Positions 63,141 through 64,000 of a stretch of 64,000 nt of DNA are shown piece by piece. Source of the stretch: Macrostomum lignano. Lineage: Eukaryota. The notes under the pieces were generated by a model. It did not search any database. It saw nothing but the letters and a program-made list of their open reading frames with translations, and was not told the origin of the DNA. The DNA lies in NCBI GenBank assembly GCA_002269645.1, contig NIVC01000158.1, positions 62,001 through 126,000 of the forward strand. Reading direction: 5' to 3'. The translations under genes were made by a program, and so were the position numbers. How positions within the stretch are numbered: position 1 is the first letter of the stretch; each line of letters begins with the position of its first letter.

Positions 63141-64000
63141 CCGCAACATAAAGAACACGGAACCAAAGCAGACCAGACGAAGTCCAGCCCCCTGTTACAA
63201 CCATGTTCAGGGCAAACACTTTGCTCAGGGAAGCAAAATGAAAGCTGCAGAGAGAGAGAAACGTAATCGCCCTCGCTTTTGACTAATTCTCTTTCCCGCG
63301 CAGCCAAGCAAATTCTCTGTGAATTTCTCACCCCAGACTGATCGCGCCTGCTCAATCAGATCCTCAGTCGCATAGGTTGAATAGTGAAAATAGGCAAACT
63401 CGCAGAGCTTACTGTACTGTAAATTCTGGCGGAGAGAGCAGGACAGGCATATGAAGGAAAGGAGTGCTAAGCCAAGAGTAGCAACACGGCGTTGCGGAGT
63501 AGGCTGTTCCATTTAGTCGGGACTTTCACTGGAGAAGATATTTTAATTAGCCGCAGTTCAACAGTGCAAAACTGTCTCATTATGCTCAACAAATACTTAT
63601 ACAAACGCTAACAATTGAATCTGAGAAAATTCTTTATTTTTCGTCATTCTAATTGAAATAGTACGCAAGTTAGCGCTTAACAGCCCGCATACTGCTTGTA
63701 CACCTTGGCAGTTTACGGTAAGACAGGCATGGAGAGACAGACAGGGAGAGGTGCATATAAAAATGCGTTGAAAAATAGGCAGTAAAAGGTCAGATAAGCG
63801 AGGCTAAACCACTCCGTTCCTTATCTTGGTAATTTCGTCAAGTCAAGGCCGAGGCAGCTGCAGTATAAAGTAGTCATTTCTGACGGGCATTGTACAAATT
63901 CTTTGCCCAGCCTGTACACAGAGACAATATCAAACAGAACTTGCTTGCTTCGAGCATTTAGTTTGAATTGTTTCCAACAGAAATTTGATCGGCTTTAGAT

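Overview
Eukaryotic (metazoan) genomic DNA with GT-AG introns. GC-rich exons, introns packed with minisatellites and TGTC microsatellites suggest a flatworm such as Macrostomum lignano (inference, not verified). Genes supported by spliced, frame-checked models: a C1GALT1-like first coding exon (-, runs off the left edge); a GPSM2/LGN/Pins orthologue (-, 4 exons, TPRs plus only two intact GoLoco motifs); a co-oriented plus-strand cluster of RPLP0, a CD20/MS4A-like 4TM protein, DCTN5 and a PPP6R/SAPS phosphatase regulator; two paralogous small membrane-anchored coiled-coil ORFs in a local segmental duplication; and a MARK/Par-1 kinase (-, 5 exons seen, 5' end outside the window). Mobile DNA: a CCC..GGG/AT-TSD DNA element inserted in a satellite, a tRNA-headed SINE with a 10-bp TSD, several mariner remnants and a long-TIR mariner MITE, a decayed BEL/Pao LTR element, a Crypton/DUF3504-like fragment, a hAT-like MITE, two foldback-like elements and a non-LTR RNase H fragment. 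The most striking unexplained signal is a ~4.4 kb block (17.7-22.05 kb) almost devoid of CpG (3 CpG in 3 kb by manual count). It also shows CAG->TAG-type stops in decayed ORFs, consistent with localised methylation-driven or RIP-like C->T hypermutation. All counts and coordinates were obtained by eye.
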